From assembly GCA_963845565.1 (NCBI GenBank), contig CAWJSJ010000003.1:32001-96000 (forward strand): 64,000 nt of DNA, read 5' to 3'. The notes under the pieces were generated by a model, which made no database searches, was not told the DNA's origin, and saw only the letters and a program-made list of their open reading frames with translations. How positions within the stretch are numbered: the first letter of the stretch is position 1; each line of letters opens with the position of its first letter. Positions 1 to 9,233 of the stretch are shown here, in pieces. A program made the translations under genes and the position numbers. This DNA is from an uncultured Methylomirabilota bacterium. GTDB lineage: Bacteria; Methylomirabilota; Methylomirabilia; Methylomirabilales; 2-02-FULL-66-22.

Positions 1-59
1 CCGACCGATCTGCCCCCTGTGATAGGATTCCGTTGCAGTCGTCAGGCGGCCCTCCCGCG

Positions 60-206
60 GACCTCTGACGTCTGTCCTGTGTTCGCGGTTCGCGGTTTTT
101 GGTTCCCGGTTTCCGGTTCGCTGTTCCCGGTTCGCTGTTCTCTGACCGCTGATCTCGGTTCGCGGTTCCAGGTTCGTGTCCTCTGAGTTCTGACCTCTGA
201 TTCTGT
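60..206. repeat. Degenerate heptanucleotide tandem array (~21 units, GTTCGCG/GACCTCT-like)
   Basis: Period-7 units gttcgcg gttcgcg gtttttg gttcccg gtttccg gttcgct... read directly upstream of purC. Confidence 0.85.
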
Positions 207-226
207 CTTCCGCAGTGGAGGATCCC

Positions 227-1127
227 ATGGGCACAGCATTGTTCGAGACCAATCTCCCCGGCCTCACCCTCAAGGCGCGTGGCAAGGTGCGGGACATCTA
301 CGACCTGGGCGATGCCCTCTTGATCGTCGCCTCGGACCGGATCTCCGCCTTCGACGTCATCATGAACGACCCCATCCCCGACAAGGGGAAGATCCTGACG
401 CAAATCTCCAACTTTTGGTTCGCGAAGGTCGGCGACCTGGCCCCGACGCACCTTCTGGCCACCGATGTCGCCAAGTTCCCGGCCGCCTGCCGGCCGTATG
501 CGGAAACGCTTCGCGATCGCGCCATGTACGTCACCAAGGCACGCGTCCTCCCGTTCGAGTGCGTCGTCCGCGGCTACCTGAGCGGCTCCGGCTGGAAAGA
601 GTACCGCGAACAGGGCAGCGTCTGCGGACTCCGGTTACCTGCGGGCCTGGTGGAATCGGACCGGCTGGCCGAGCCGATCTTCACGCCGGCCACCAAGGAA
701 GAGGTCGGCACCCACGACCAGAACGTGTCGTTCGACCGTATGGTGCGGGACTTGGGCGGGGACCTGGCGGAGCGGCTGCGCAGCCCTGAGCCTGGCCGTC
801 TATCGCCGGGCGCGGGACATCGCCGAGGCGCGCGGCATCATCCTGGCAGACACCAAGTTCGAGTTCGGCCTGGTCGGGGAAACCGTCATCCTGGTGGACG
901 AGGTCCTCACCCCGGATTCGTCACGGTTCTGGCCCAAGGCGGCGTACAAACCGGGCGGCCCCCAGCCGTCCTTCGACAAGCAGTTCCTTCGGGACTATCT
1001 CCTCTCGATCAAGTGGCCGCAGCAGCCGCCACCGCCACCCCTGCCCGCCGACATCATCGCCAAGACGCGCGCCAAGTACCTGGAGGCCTACGAGATCCTC
1101 CTCGGCCATCCGGCGCCGTTCGCGTAA
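227..1127 (+). CDS. purC: Phosphoribosylaminoimidazole-succinocarboxamide (SAICAR) synthase; +1 frameshift near 784-786
   Basis: RGKVRDIY, SDRISAFD, ECVVRGYLSGS, FTPATK, then in a shifted frame GIILADTKFEFG, DEVLTPDSSRFW, SFDKQFLRDYL. Confidence 0.93.
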
Positions 1128-1228
1128 GCCGTTGTCAAAGAATAGTTGAGCGGAGACATTCCGAAACGGCATAAGGAGCCGTAACGAAATAGAAAGAGAC
1201 GTATAGGTTATTTCGTAACGGCTCCTAA
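1125..1228 (+). repeat. Dispersed ~105-bp MITE-like repeat, copy 1
   Basis: TAAGCCGTTGTCAAAGAAT...GGAGCCGTAACGAAATA...TATTTCGTAACGGCTCCTAA; first TAA is the purC stop. Confidence 0.92.
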
Positions 1229-1327
1229 GCCGACCGGACCGAGGGAAGATCAGATTTCACCACGTCGGCGGATCACGCCACGGGGTGCCCAGGTGACCGT
1301 TGTAAGAGGCGGGGAAGGGATCCTCGA

Positions 1328-1520
1328 TTACGCGAGGCGCTTTCGCGCCGAGCGATGTGCCGTCGCCTCAATCGTGGTTATCGCGGTGACGTCAAAGAAA
1401 CGTTCACCGCAGGACGCACAGCGGACATGCGGTAACCGCTGGACCAAGCGGCCGGCTGAGAGCGCACAGTCTTCCACGACGTGCGCAAGCGCCTTGATTC
1501 CTGGACCCGCGCCTGCGTAG
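1328..1520 (-). pseudogene. YgiT/MqsA-type zinc-finger fragment
   Basis: LVQRLPHVRCASCGERFFDVTAITTIE resembles the C-terminal half of a YgiT-type zinc finger; no clean start or first CxxC. Confidence 0.45.
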
Positions 1521-1598
1521 GGACCACCGCGAGGAGCTCCGCAGCCCCGGGCGACCGTCGACCGAGGCCGCGGGCTCATCCCCGGGACCGTGGTTCGT

Positions 1599-1898
1599 TT
1601 ACGGCATCCGCATGAGTCGCTCGCTCCGCCACACTCGCACGATGCGCACGCGGTCCTTGTCCACACGATAGACGATGCGGAATGGCGGATGGATGACCTC
1701 CCTGAGCTGCGCGACACCGAACTCGGGAACGACACGCCCGCTCTCCGGGAAGTCTGCGAGTCGCTCGACCGCCGCGATGACCTCGTGGAGGAGTCGCTCG
1801 CCGACCTCGGGCACCTCACGCTCGCGGTACCACGCACGCATCCCCTCAAGGTCATCGACGGCTGAGGCGGCGAAGCGGATCCGGCGCTTGCGAGGCAT
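1599..1898 (-). CDS. RelE/ParE family type II toxin
   Basis: IRFAASAVDDLE...FPESGRVVPE...LREVIHPPFRIVYRV; directly follows a Phd antitoxin. Confidence 0.88.
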   Translation of the reverse strand: MPRKRRIRFAASAVDDLEGMRAWYREREVPEVGERLLHEVIAAVERLADFPESGRVVPEFGVAQLREVIHPPFRIVYRVDKDRVRIVRVWRSERLMRMP

Positions 1899-1899
1899 G

Positions 1900-2175
1900 T
1901 CAGGTGAGGCCTAGCCGGATCTTGACGGCCGAGAGGTCCGTCTCGCGACCCTCTTCCAGGTCCATCAGTCCCTGGACGACGCCGCGCAGAAAGGCGCGCT
2001 CCTCCGACTCCGCCTCATACTCTGCGAGCGCCTGAACCACTGCGACGCCGCGCCCGCGGTTGGTCAGCAGCACCGGCCGGCGGGTCTCTTCGACCTGATG
2101 AACGATTCGACCGGGATTCACCTTCAGGTCGCTCAGGGGGACGATGTCCTGCGAGAACTTCGTCGGTGCGCGCAT
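1900..2175 (-). CDS. Phd/YefM family antitoxin
   Basis: IVPLSDLKVNPGRIVHQVEETRRPVLLTNRGRGVAVV. Confidence 0.88.
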   Translation of the reverse strand: MRAPTKFSQDIVPLSDLKVNPGRIVHQVEETRRPVLLTNRGRGVAVVQALAEYEAESEERAFLRGVVQGLMDLEEGRETDLSAVKIRLGLT

Positions 2176-2324
2176 GATTCCTCGGATTCAGGTGCGATTA
2201 CTCCCCCTGATAACCGCACCTGTTGGTTGGACCGTCAAGCGATATTGGGAGCGTTGCTTCCACAAGTGGTCGTTTGGGAATTCTAGGCCAAGGGCGATCC
2301 GATTCCGGATCCGGGCAGGTTTTG

Positions 2325-2601
2325 CTACAACCGTCGCATCAGGTACTCCCCCGGCGAGAGTATCAGGACCTGTTCCACCGTCTTCCCGAAAAGAAAGCCG
2401 AAGTGCTTTTTGTCCACGGTGAGGAGGTGCGTCGCGCGACCAGCTAACGCGGCGAGGAGGACGGGACGATCCTTCCTCTTCGATCACGAGCGCGGACGCC
2501 AGCAGCCGTGCATCCCTCAACGCCCACAGCCTCCGGAGGGGCGACGACGGAGTGTACGCGGCCGAGAAGACGACACAGGCATCGAGGAACAGACGGTCCA
2601 C
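2325..2601 (-). pseudogene. PIN-domain (VapC-like) toxin with internal deletion and frameshift
   Basis: N-term (M)DRLFLDACVVFSAA...SALVIEE joined out of frame to C-term KDRPVLLAALAGRATHLLTVDKKHF...LSPGEYL*; central helices missing. Confidence 0.75.
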
Positions 2602-2948
2602 TTAGGAGCCGTTACGAAATAACTTGGCCATTTATTCTTTGCACCGGCTTTGCGCCTCCGCGGCTTGACGTGGTCGATCTTGGTTGGATCGAGCCCCATC
2701 CGGCGGACCGTGGCGACGGCCTTGGCGTAGGACGGCTTATCCACGGCGCTGCCGAGGAGGAACTCTGCCACCCGCTCCGGGGTGTACATCTCGACGGGGG
2801 TCACCGCGGCGGGACGGATGAGAATGCCTTCGTCCCGCTCCTCAGCAATGATGTAGGCCCCCTCCTCGATCCCGAATCGCTTCCGGAGCTTGGCAGGCAG
2901 GACCACCATTCCCCGCTTTCCCACTTTGCTCGCTTCTGTGGTCGGCAT
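2517..2948 (-). CDS. AbrB/MazE/SpoVT family antitoxin; C-terminus extended through an inserted repeat
   Basis: SKVGKRGMVVLPAKLRKRFGIEEG...GILIRP; tail KNKWPSYFVTAPK is translated repeat sequence. Confidence 0.8.
   Translation of the reverse strand: MPTTEASKVGKRGMVVLPAKLRKRFGIEEGAYIIAEERDEGILIRPAAVTPVEMYTPERVAEFLLGSAVDKPSYAKAVATVRRMGLDPTKIDHVKPRRRKAGAKNKWPSYFVTAPKWTVCSSMPVSSSRPRTLRRRPSGGCGR
2602..2650 (-). repeat. Internally deleted copy of the ~105-bp repeat
   Basis: Minus strand aagccggtgcaaagaata|aatggccaagttatttcgtaacggctcctaa retains both ends. Confidence 0.8.
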
Positions 2949-3117
2949 GGGCGTTCTCCGTTGAAAGACTGAATGCCCGATAATCGGGCAAACGAAAGTA
3001 TGCCCTGTTTTCCGGGAGGGGTCAAGGGAGAATCGCCGAGCCGATTCACGCGGAGGCGAGGCCCCTGTGCACCCGCCGTCTGTCCGGTGGCTGTGTGCAG
3101 CCGGATCGGGTCCACGG

Positions 3118-3483
3118 TCAGGCAGGATCCGGGGGTGTGAGATACGCGATCGTGTAGGCGGGGAGCGTGGCTTCGGGGAAACGTGCACTATGCGCGGCGA
3201 GTGCGTTGGCGATTACGCCGTGCCGGCTGTACCGCCATTGAGGGACGACGATCAAGACGCCGCAGTGGGGCGCCTGCTTGTCATACGCCATCCGGGTGAC
3301 CACTTGGAAGTCATTCCGATTGAAGGTGACGAGACAGCGTCGCTCGGAGGCCGCCCGCGCACGCTGGGCCTCATCCGTCAGCGCCAAGGCACCACATTCG
3401 TGGGCACTGACGATGTCAACACCGAGGGCCCGGGCCGCCACGGCGATGGCCGGGTCCAAGTCTTCGTCCAGATAGTATCTCAT
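3118..3483 (-). CDS. DUF5615 PIN-like (VapC45-type) toxin
   Basis: MRYYLDEDL...TDEAQ...RCLVTFNRNDF...HCGVLIV; ATGA overlap with DUF433 gene. Confidence 0.85.
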   Translation of the reverse strand: MRYYLDEDLDPAIAVAARALGVDIVSAHECGALALTDEAQRARAASERRCLVTFNRNDFQVVTRMAYDKQAPHCGVLIVVPQWRYSRHGVIANALAAHSARFPEATLPAYTIAYLTPPDPA

Positions 3484-3899
3484 GCGCTGGGGGGGACGAA
3501 GATCGGCAACTCCCGGGCGAGTCGCTCCGGAGTCCATGCGTCGTTGGCCATGATGCGGCGGCGGATGTCCTCCGGATACCGAACGGCATAGCTTAACGCG
3601 GCTCGGAGTTGGGGCTCTGTCAGATGGCTGAACGCGTGGCGCAGCGCGTCAAAGCTCCGATCCAGGTGCTCGTACGCGTAGACGACCTCCCAGACATCCA
3701 GGCCGGTGCCGGCCAGGATCGCCCGCCGCCCGGTGGCGCCATCCATAAAGGCGATCCCTGGACACTGCCGGATGGCGATTGCCTCCGACAGGAGTTCAGT
3801 GACCACGGCTGTAAAATCTCTCCCGGTGGCCTCGGCGGCGTCGGTGATGGCTTGCGCCAGGGTATCCGACATGCGTAGGCTCTTTTGCACGGTTGGCAT
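3480..3899 (-). CDS. DUF433-domain antitoxin
   Basis: PGIAFMDGATGRRAILAGTGLDVWEVV...LTEPQLRAALSYAVRYPEDI. Confidence 0.85.
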   Translation of the reverse strand: MPTVQKSLRMSDTLAQAITDAAEATGRDFTAVVTELLSEAIAIRQCPGIAFMDGATGRRAILAGTGLDVWEVVYAYEHLDRSFDALRHAFSHLTEPQLRAALSYAVRYPEDIRRRIMANDAWTPERLARELPIFVPPSA

Positions 3900-4123
3900 T
3901 ACTTCCTCCGTCGGTTAATGAATGGCATATGCATACATTGACCGACATCGAAATTCAAGACACGAGTGAGGCTTTCCGATATGGTGCCAGGATCCGGCGG
4001 GGAGTAATGTCTTCGCGTGTTGGGCGCCAGCCCAGGGGAGAGGCCCGCGCGGGTCACCACCAGCGCCAAGCGCACCCGCGATGGAGCGAAACCTGCACAG
4101 CCCGCATCGATTGCGGCATCTGG

Positions 4124-4558
4124 TTACCCCAACGTCAGAAACGCGCGGACGTTCGATGGAATCTCGACCGCCTTGTTGGCCGCGTAATCCAGCCAAACGA
4201 GGACGGTGCTTCCGTCCCCGATGAGCTCGTCAGTCCCCTTTCGAAACACCCCATACGACAAGACAAAACTGCGCTGCCGAACCTCGGTGCAGGCGACCCC
4301 AATTTCCACCTCGGCCGGATAATGGAGTTGCCGCCGGTAGTTGAATGTCTGCGAGACGACGACCGGGCCCTGGCCCGCGGCCCCGATGTCCACGCTGTTC
4401 CACCCCTTGGCTTCGAAAAATCCGATCCGCGCCGATTCCAAGTACTGAAGGTAGGCGACGTTATTGACGTGCCGGAGCGCGTCCATGTCGCCCCAGCGGA
4501 CGGTCTCGGACCACCAGAACTGGAACGCGGACCGCGTGGGCCTTTCCGGGTGACTCAC
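4124..4558 (-). CDS. Acyl-CoA thioesterase (4HBT/YbgC-like), paralogue 1
   Basis: VRWGDMDALRHVNNVAYLQYLESAR; GTG start after GGAGGA. Confidence 0.88.
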   Translation of the reverse strand: MSHPERPTRSAFQFWWSETVRWGDMDALRHVNNVAYLQYLESARIGFFEAKGWNSVDIGAAGQGPVVVSQTFNYRRQLHYPAEVEIGVACTEVRQRSFVLSYGVFRKGTDELIGDGSTVLVWLDYAANKAVEIPSNVRAFLTLG

Positions 4559-4624
4559 GATTTCCTCCCCAATGCGGAATGCCGGGTGTTTGTCCCAGGT
4601 CACGACCCGGAAAACGCCCACCCG

Positions 4625-5140
4625 TTATCTCCCAGACAGCGCCTTCTCGGCATCCGCCACGGTCATCATCAAGGTCATCGGATCGACCGGTGACTCGCCG
4701 AACCCGTATCGCTGATAGAACCGTTTGGCCTCCTCGGAGATCGCGTGGACCAGAATAGCCCGTATCCCGCCGATCGTGGCGGCCTGCAGTATCCGCAGGA
4801 CCGCGTCGCGCAGCAGGCTGCGCCCCAGGTTCCGGCCCTGCCAGGTCCGGTCCACGGCCAGCCGGCCGAGGATCATCACCGGCACGGGGTCCGGCATATT
4901 CCGTCGGACGCGGCCCGGTGCCTGGGCCTGAGCCACGCCGCCGCTTGCCAACGCGTAATACCCCACCACCCGCCCCCCGGCGCAGACCACGTAGGTCCGC
5001 GACGCCCCGGTGTCCTCATTCGCCAGGGCGCGCTTTCGTAACCAGTCATCCAGATCCGGCACGCCAGAATCAAACGCCGACACGTCATGCGCCGCCGTCA
5101 GGTGTTCCGGTGCGCGGATCTCCTGTGCGCCGCCGGTCAT
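4625..5140 (-). CDS. GNAT family toxin (TacT/AtaT-like)
   Basis: HDVSAFDSGVPDLDDWL...PVPVMILGRLAVD...GRNLGRSLL...VHAISEEAKRFYQRYGF. Confidence 0.9.
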   Translation of the reverse strand: MTGGAQEIRAPEHLTAAHDVSAFDSGVPDLDDWLRKRALANEDTGASRTYVVCAGGRVVGYYALASGGVAQAQAPGRVRRNMPDPVPVMILGRLAVDRTWQGRNLGRSLLRDAVLRILQAATIGGIRAILVHAISEEAKRFYQRYGFGESPVDPMTLMMTVADAEKALSGR

Positions 5141-5430
5141 GACTCCCAGGCCGCCTTCGTCCGCAACAGCCGCCGCAGACGACTATTCTCTGCCGGGGAC
5201 TTGTCCAGCGCAGCCGTAAACCGCTTGTAGGCCTTGTCATCGAGCAGAAACAACCGCTGGTCCAGCAGGACGGCCGTGGCTGCCCGGCACGCCGCCTCCA
5301 GCATGAACTCCGACCGGTTCTTCCCGAGCCGGTCTGCCGCGCGATCGATCAGCGCCCGCTTGACCTGGTCTGCCCGAAGATTAATCGTGACGCTTTGTTT
5401 CGCGCGTTCCTTGGTACTGGTGTTCCGCAT
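5137..5430 (-). CDS. DUF1778 antitoxin (TacA-like)
   Basis: TINLRA...KRALIDRAA...KNRSEFMLEAA...LLDQRLFLLD...LRRLL. Confidence 0.9.
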   Translation of the reverse strand: MRNTSTKERAKQSVTINLRADQVKRALIDRAADRLGKNRSEFMLEAACRAATAVLLDQRLFLLDDKAYKRFTAALDKSPAENSRLRRLLRTKAAWES

Positions 5431-5677
5431 CGCCTTCCTCCTGTGTAGGCATCCTATATTCAGATATGCGTACACATTGTCAATACACACCGTCCGGCCA
5501 ATCGCCCGCCCGCGCACCGCTCCCCGGTGCGGACGGTCGGCCCACACCCCTGCGCGCGAGGGCACCCGCTTCCCTTCCGTCTGGCGCCTCCGGCCACCCC
5601 CAGAGACGAGAAGGCCATCGGACCCGGCGGAAAGACGCCACGGGGTGCCTGATTCCGCCAAATACCGGGAAGGCCCG

Positions 5678-6010
5678 TTAGTCGAGGAGATCGAGTGCGA
5701 CCTTGAGGGCGATGTGGAGTGCCGCCAGCTTCTGCGGACCAAGGCTGCCTACGTAGTCTGTCAGGGCACTCTTCGGTAAGCTGACCAGGCCGTCGCAATG
5801 GATGGCGCTTGCATGTCTCAGGCCTTCCGCTTCCCCGACGGGCACCTGGGTCCCCAAACCGGCCCGGCTGGAGGAGACGGGCGCGCAAATCACGGTGCTA
5901 TACTCGACTGTGTTGCAGAGAACTTGCCGACTGACAACGACGAATACCCGGAAACGTTTGGGGTCGGTGCGGGAGGGGTGGGCAACGCGGTACAGGTCTC
6001 CGCGCCTCAC
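5678..6010 (-). CDS. PemK/MazF family toxin
   Basis: RRGDLYRV...RVFVVVSRQ...[10 protein letters not shown]...[18 protein letters not shown]. Confidence 0.88.
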   Translation of the reverse strand: MRRGDLYRVAHPSRTDPKRFRVFVVVSRQVLCNTVEYSTVICAPVSSSRAGLGTQVPVGEAEGLRHASAIHCDGLVSLPKSALTDYVGSLGPQKLAALHIALKVALDLLD

Positions 6011-6240
6011 GACAGGACCTGATATTCGAGCACGTCCGCCATCTCGGCGCTCAGCGCGGCGGCATGTTTTCGGAGCAGCGCGGCCTCGCGGGCCTGAAGT
6101 GCCGCCCGATCGGCGCCGGCGAGAAAGGCCCGCACGGCCTCTTCGATGAAATCCGACCGGCTGCGCCGCTGCGCTTCGACCCGCGCATCGACCTCCTGGA
6201 GGAGTTCTTCGGAGAGTGTGATTGAAGTCTTGATTTTCAT
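6007..6240 (-). CDS. Ribbon-helix-helix antitoxin (CopG/MazE-type)
   Basis: [18 protein letters not shown]...[11 protein letters not shown]; overlaps toxin start. Confidence 0.85.
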   Translation of the reverse strand: MKIKTSITLSEELLQEVDARVEAQRRSRSDFIEEAVRAFLAGADRAALQAREAALLRKHAAALSAEMADVLEYQVLS

Positions 6241-6246
6241 ACTACC

Positions 6247-6276
6247 AATATACTACTCGACACATAGGTGCGTCAA
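6247..6276 (-). promoter_or_regulatory. Sigma70-like promoter for the RHH-MazF pair, probably leaderless
   Basis: Minus strand TTGACG-N18-TATATT, 6 nt before the ATG. Confidence 0.55.
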
Positions 6277-6345
6277 GCAGACCCTAGTCTCCTGGGTGGG
6301 CGGGTCCGCACGGCCAAGATGCACCCGGAGGTGGCGGGCGCGGGG

Positions 6346-6780
6346 TCACCCGGCGGTCAGGTGCTCCCGGACCGCGGGCGGGATCTCCACGGCCTTGCCC
6401 AGCCCGTAGTCCAGCCAGGCCAGGACGCTGCTGCCGTCGCCGATGAGGTCGTCGGTGCCGTGCCGGAAGATTGCGTACGTCAGGACGAAGCTGCGGTTTC
6501 GGATCTCGGGGCAGGCGACGCCGATGTCCAACGCACTCGGGTAGTGGAGCTGGCGGCGGTAGTTGAAGGTCTGGGACACCACCACCGGCCCCTGCGCCGT
6601 CGGCCCGATGTCCCGGGTGTTCCAGCCCCGGGTCTCGAAATACCCGACCCGGGCGGATTCCAGGTACTGCAGGTAGACGATATTGTTGACATGATTCATG
6701 GCGTCCATGTCGCCCCAGCGGACGGTCTCGGACCACCAGAACCGGAAGTCGGCGCGTCCAGGTTTGCCGGTGTCGCTCAC
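6346..6780 (-). CDS. Acyl-CoA thioesterase, paralogue 2
   Basis: VRWGDMDAMNHVNNIVYLQYLESAR; same length (435 nt) as paralogue 1. Confidence 0.88.
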   Translation of the reverse strand: MSDTGKPGRADFRFWWSETVRWGDMDAMNHVNNIVYLQYLESARVGYFETRGWNTRDIGPTAQGPVVVSQTFNYRRQLHYPSALDIGVACPEIRNRSFVLTYAIFRHGTDDLIGDGSSVLAWLDYGLGKAVEIPPAVREHLTAG

Positions 6781-6860
6781 GGGTTCCCTCGTTCCTTGTG
6801 CTGACGGGTTCATTGCGGCTGGCAGGCGGCTGCGACGTGCCCTTCTGCGCCGGCGCGTGA

Positions 6861-6983
6861 TCAACCCCCCTTCGCCGGCTTGATCTTCCGCAGCTTCGGC
6901 ACCAGTTTCAGGATCGCGCGGCGATCCTGCACGTAGGAGCTGCGGGGCACCTTGCGCCCCACGGTCGGCGTCCGTCGGCTCAT
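6861..6983 (-). CDS. Small basic hypothetical protein (40 aa)
   Basis: MSRRTPTVGRKVPRSSYVQDRRAILKLVPKLRKIKPAKGG with AGGAGG RBS; not in ORF track. Confidence 0.5.
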   Translation of the reverse strand: MSRRTPTVGRKVPRSSYVQDRRAILKLVPKLRKIKPAKGG

Positions 6984-7117
6984 CGTGTTCGCCTCCTGCC
7001 CTCCACGGTGCCGCGCCGGGTCGGCGTGTTCAATCCGAAGTTCCGCGTCGGGCGCCCTGCTGCACTTCTGGGATCATTCGCTTGGCAAGAGCCCTCCGCT
7101 CGGGGTATAACTCTGGC

Positions 7118-7570
7118 ATGGGCTACGAGATCTCCGCCGGAGTCATTCTCTTCCGCAGCGTCCCGCAGCGGGAGTACCTCATTCTCGATTACGGGTCCCA
7201 CTGGGACTTCTCCAAGGGCCACATCGAGCCGGGGGAAGACCCCGCGACCACCGCCCGGCGGGAACTCGCAGAAGAAACCGGCATTCAGGATCCCCGGTTC
7301 ATCCCGGGGTACGAGGAGCGCATGAGCTACGCCTACCGGCGGGCGGGCGAGCTGATGCGGAAAGTCGTCGTGTATTTCCTGGCCGAGACGGCCGGGGCAG
7401 AGGTCGTCCTCTCGCACGAGCACTGCGGATACGTCTGGGCCTCGTTCGACGCGGCGCTCGCCCGGCTCACCTTCCCCACCGCCAAGGAGTTGCTCGGCAA
7501 GGCACAGCAGGTCCTCGAGGGCACACCCCTGGCGTCCAACGCTGGTCCGTCCCCCGACCCGCCGGCATAA
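7118..7570 (+). CDS. NUDIX hydrolase, Ap4A hydrolase-like
   Basis: SAGVILFR...HWDFSKGHIEPGEDPATTARRELAEETG Nudix box; LSHEH. Confidence 0.88.
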   Translation: MGYEISAGVILFRSVPQREYLILDYGSHWDFSKGHIEPGEDPATTARRELAEETGIQDPRFIPGYEERMSYAYRRAGELMRKVVVYFLAETAGAEVVLSHEHCGYVWASFDAALARLTFPTAKELLGKAQQVLEGTPLASNAGPSPDPPA

Positions 7571-7607
7571 CCCTGGCACCCATCGCGTGCCATATCCCGG
7601 CCGCGCG

Positions 7608-8990
7608 TCACTGCGCGGCGCCATTCGGAGGGGTGTCGCCGGTCAATCGGGCGGCAATGGCCCGAGCCGCCAGAACGCCCGATGCCGATGCCTGCACCAG
7701 GCCCCGGCTCACCCCGGCGCCGTCCCCCACGGCATACAGCCCGGACACCTCTGTCTCCAGCGCCCGGCTCAGGCGCAACTGCAGCGAATAGAACTTCACC
7801 TCGACCCCGTACAGCAGCGTGTGGACCGAGTTCACTCCCGGCGCCAGCCGGTCGAGGGCTTCCAGCATCTCCAGGATGTCGGCCAGGTAGCGATACGGCA
7901 GGACCAGGCTGAGGTCCCCGGGCGTCGCCCCCTTGAGTGTCGGCTCCACCAATCCCCGGGCCAGCCGCCCCGGGGTGGAGCGGCGGCCCTGGCGTAGGTC
8001 CCCGACCCGCTGGACGAGGACCTCGCCCCCCAGCATGTTGGCGAGCTGCGCGATGTACCGGCCGTAGGCGATCGGCTCGTGGAACGGCTCGGTGAACGTC
8101 TTGCTGACCAGGAGGGCAAAATTGGTGTTGCCCGTCGCGCCATGCGCATAGCTGTGCCCGTTCACGGTGTACAGCCCTCCGAGATCTTCCCGGATGACCT
8201 CGCCGTGCGGGCACATGCAGAACGTCCGGACCATGTCCTCGAACCGGCGCGTGTAATAGACGATCTTGGCCTCGTAGGTGGCCTGCGTGATCTCCTCCAT
8301 GACCGACGCCGGCACCTCGACCCGCACGCCGATGTCCACCGGGTTGATGGTGGTGTGCAGCGCCAGCCGGGCCGCTTCCCGCGCCAGCCACGCGGACCCC
8401 TCCCGGCCCGGCGCCAGGATGACGCGCGGGGCGCCGATCTCGCTGCCGTCCTCCAGGCGCACCCCGCGCACGGCCCCGTCCCGCGTCAGCACCTCGGCCA
8501 CGGGCGCCGCACACCGGATCGCCACGCGGCCCCCCAGGAATTCCCGGAGCTTGCCGACCAGCGCCTCGCAGCCGTCGGTGCCGAGATGCCGGTACCGGCT
8601 CGGGATCAGCTTCATGTCGAGGCGCGCCGCGTCACGCTGCAGCCGGGCGACGGCCTCCACGTCCGACCCGTGGAGCTCCACCGGCGCGCCGAACGCCCGG
8701 TACGTCGCATCGACGTCCTCCACCAAGGCCGTCAGCTGGGCCGCGGTGCAGTACTGCCCCAGGAACCCGCCGATCTCCGTCGACAGCGCCAGCTTGCCGT
8801 CACTGTAGGCGCCGGCGCCTCCCCAGCCGCTCAGCGTGGAGGCCGCCCGGCCCAGGCACTTCCGCTCCGGCAGATCCGGGCCCTTCTCCAGCACCAGAAT
8901 GCCGTCCACGCCCAAGCGTGCAAGCTCCAGCGCGGAAAAGATGCCGGCGGGACCCGCCCCCACGATGATGACCTGGAATGTCGTAGTCAT
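7608..8990 (-). CDS. NAD(P)/FAD-dependent oxidoreductase (uncharacterised family)
   Basis: IIVGAGPAG, GGAGAYSDGKL, VRTFCMCPHG, VNGHS, GDGAGVSRGL. Confidence 0.88.
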   Translation of the reverse strand: MTTTFQVIIVGAGPAGIFSALELARLGVDGILVLEKGPDLPERKCLGRAASTLSGWGGAGAYSDGKLALSTEIGGFLGQYCTAAQLTALVEDVDATYRAFGAPVELHGSDVEAVARLQRDAARLDMKLIPSRYRHLGTDGCEALVGKLREFLGGRVAIRCAAPVAEVLTRDGAVRGVRLEDGSEIGAPRVILAPGREGSAWLAREAARLALHTTINPVDIGVRVEVPASVMEEITQATYEAKIVYYTRRFEDMVRTFCMCPHGEVIREDLGGLYTVNGHSYAHGATGNTNFALLVSKTFTEPFHEPIAYGRYIAQLANMLGGEVLVQRVGDLRQGRRSTPGRLARGLVEPTLKGATPGDLSLVLPYRYLADILEMLEALDRLAPGVNSVHTLLYGVEVKFYSLQLRLSRALETEVSGLYAVGDGAGVSRGLVQASASGVLAARAIAARLTGDTPPNGAAQ

Positions 8991-9128
8991 GGTCGGTCGT
9001 CTCCAGTGACGGAATCGGTCCCCGGATGACGGTCACCCTGCCGCCGGCTGCCGCCCTGTGCCTCTCGCGCGGCCCGACAGGCATCGGAACGCGCCGCGCG
9101 GAGCGACCGCGTGAGGCATGACACTTGG

Positions 9129-9233
9129 TAAGCCGTTGTCAAAGAATAAGTTGAGCCGAGACATTCCGAAACGGCATAAGGAGCCGTAACGAAATAGAAA
9201 GGGATGTATAGGTTATTTCGTAACGGCTCCTAA
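9129..9233 (+). repeat. Dispersed ~105-bp MITE-like repeat, copy 2
   Basis: Near-identical to copy 1, TAA at both ends. Confidence 0.92.

Noticed and set aside
5137..5760. Apparent duplicated peptide RLLRTKAA at ~5150 and ~5730
   Set aside because: The second copy is on the antisense strand of the MazF gene; short and likely chance
1328..6240. TA stack as an integron cassette array
   Set aside because: No intI and no recognisable RYYYAAC...GTTRRRY attC sites by eye
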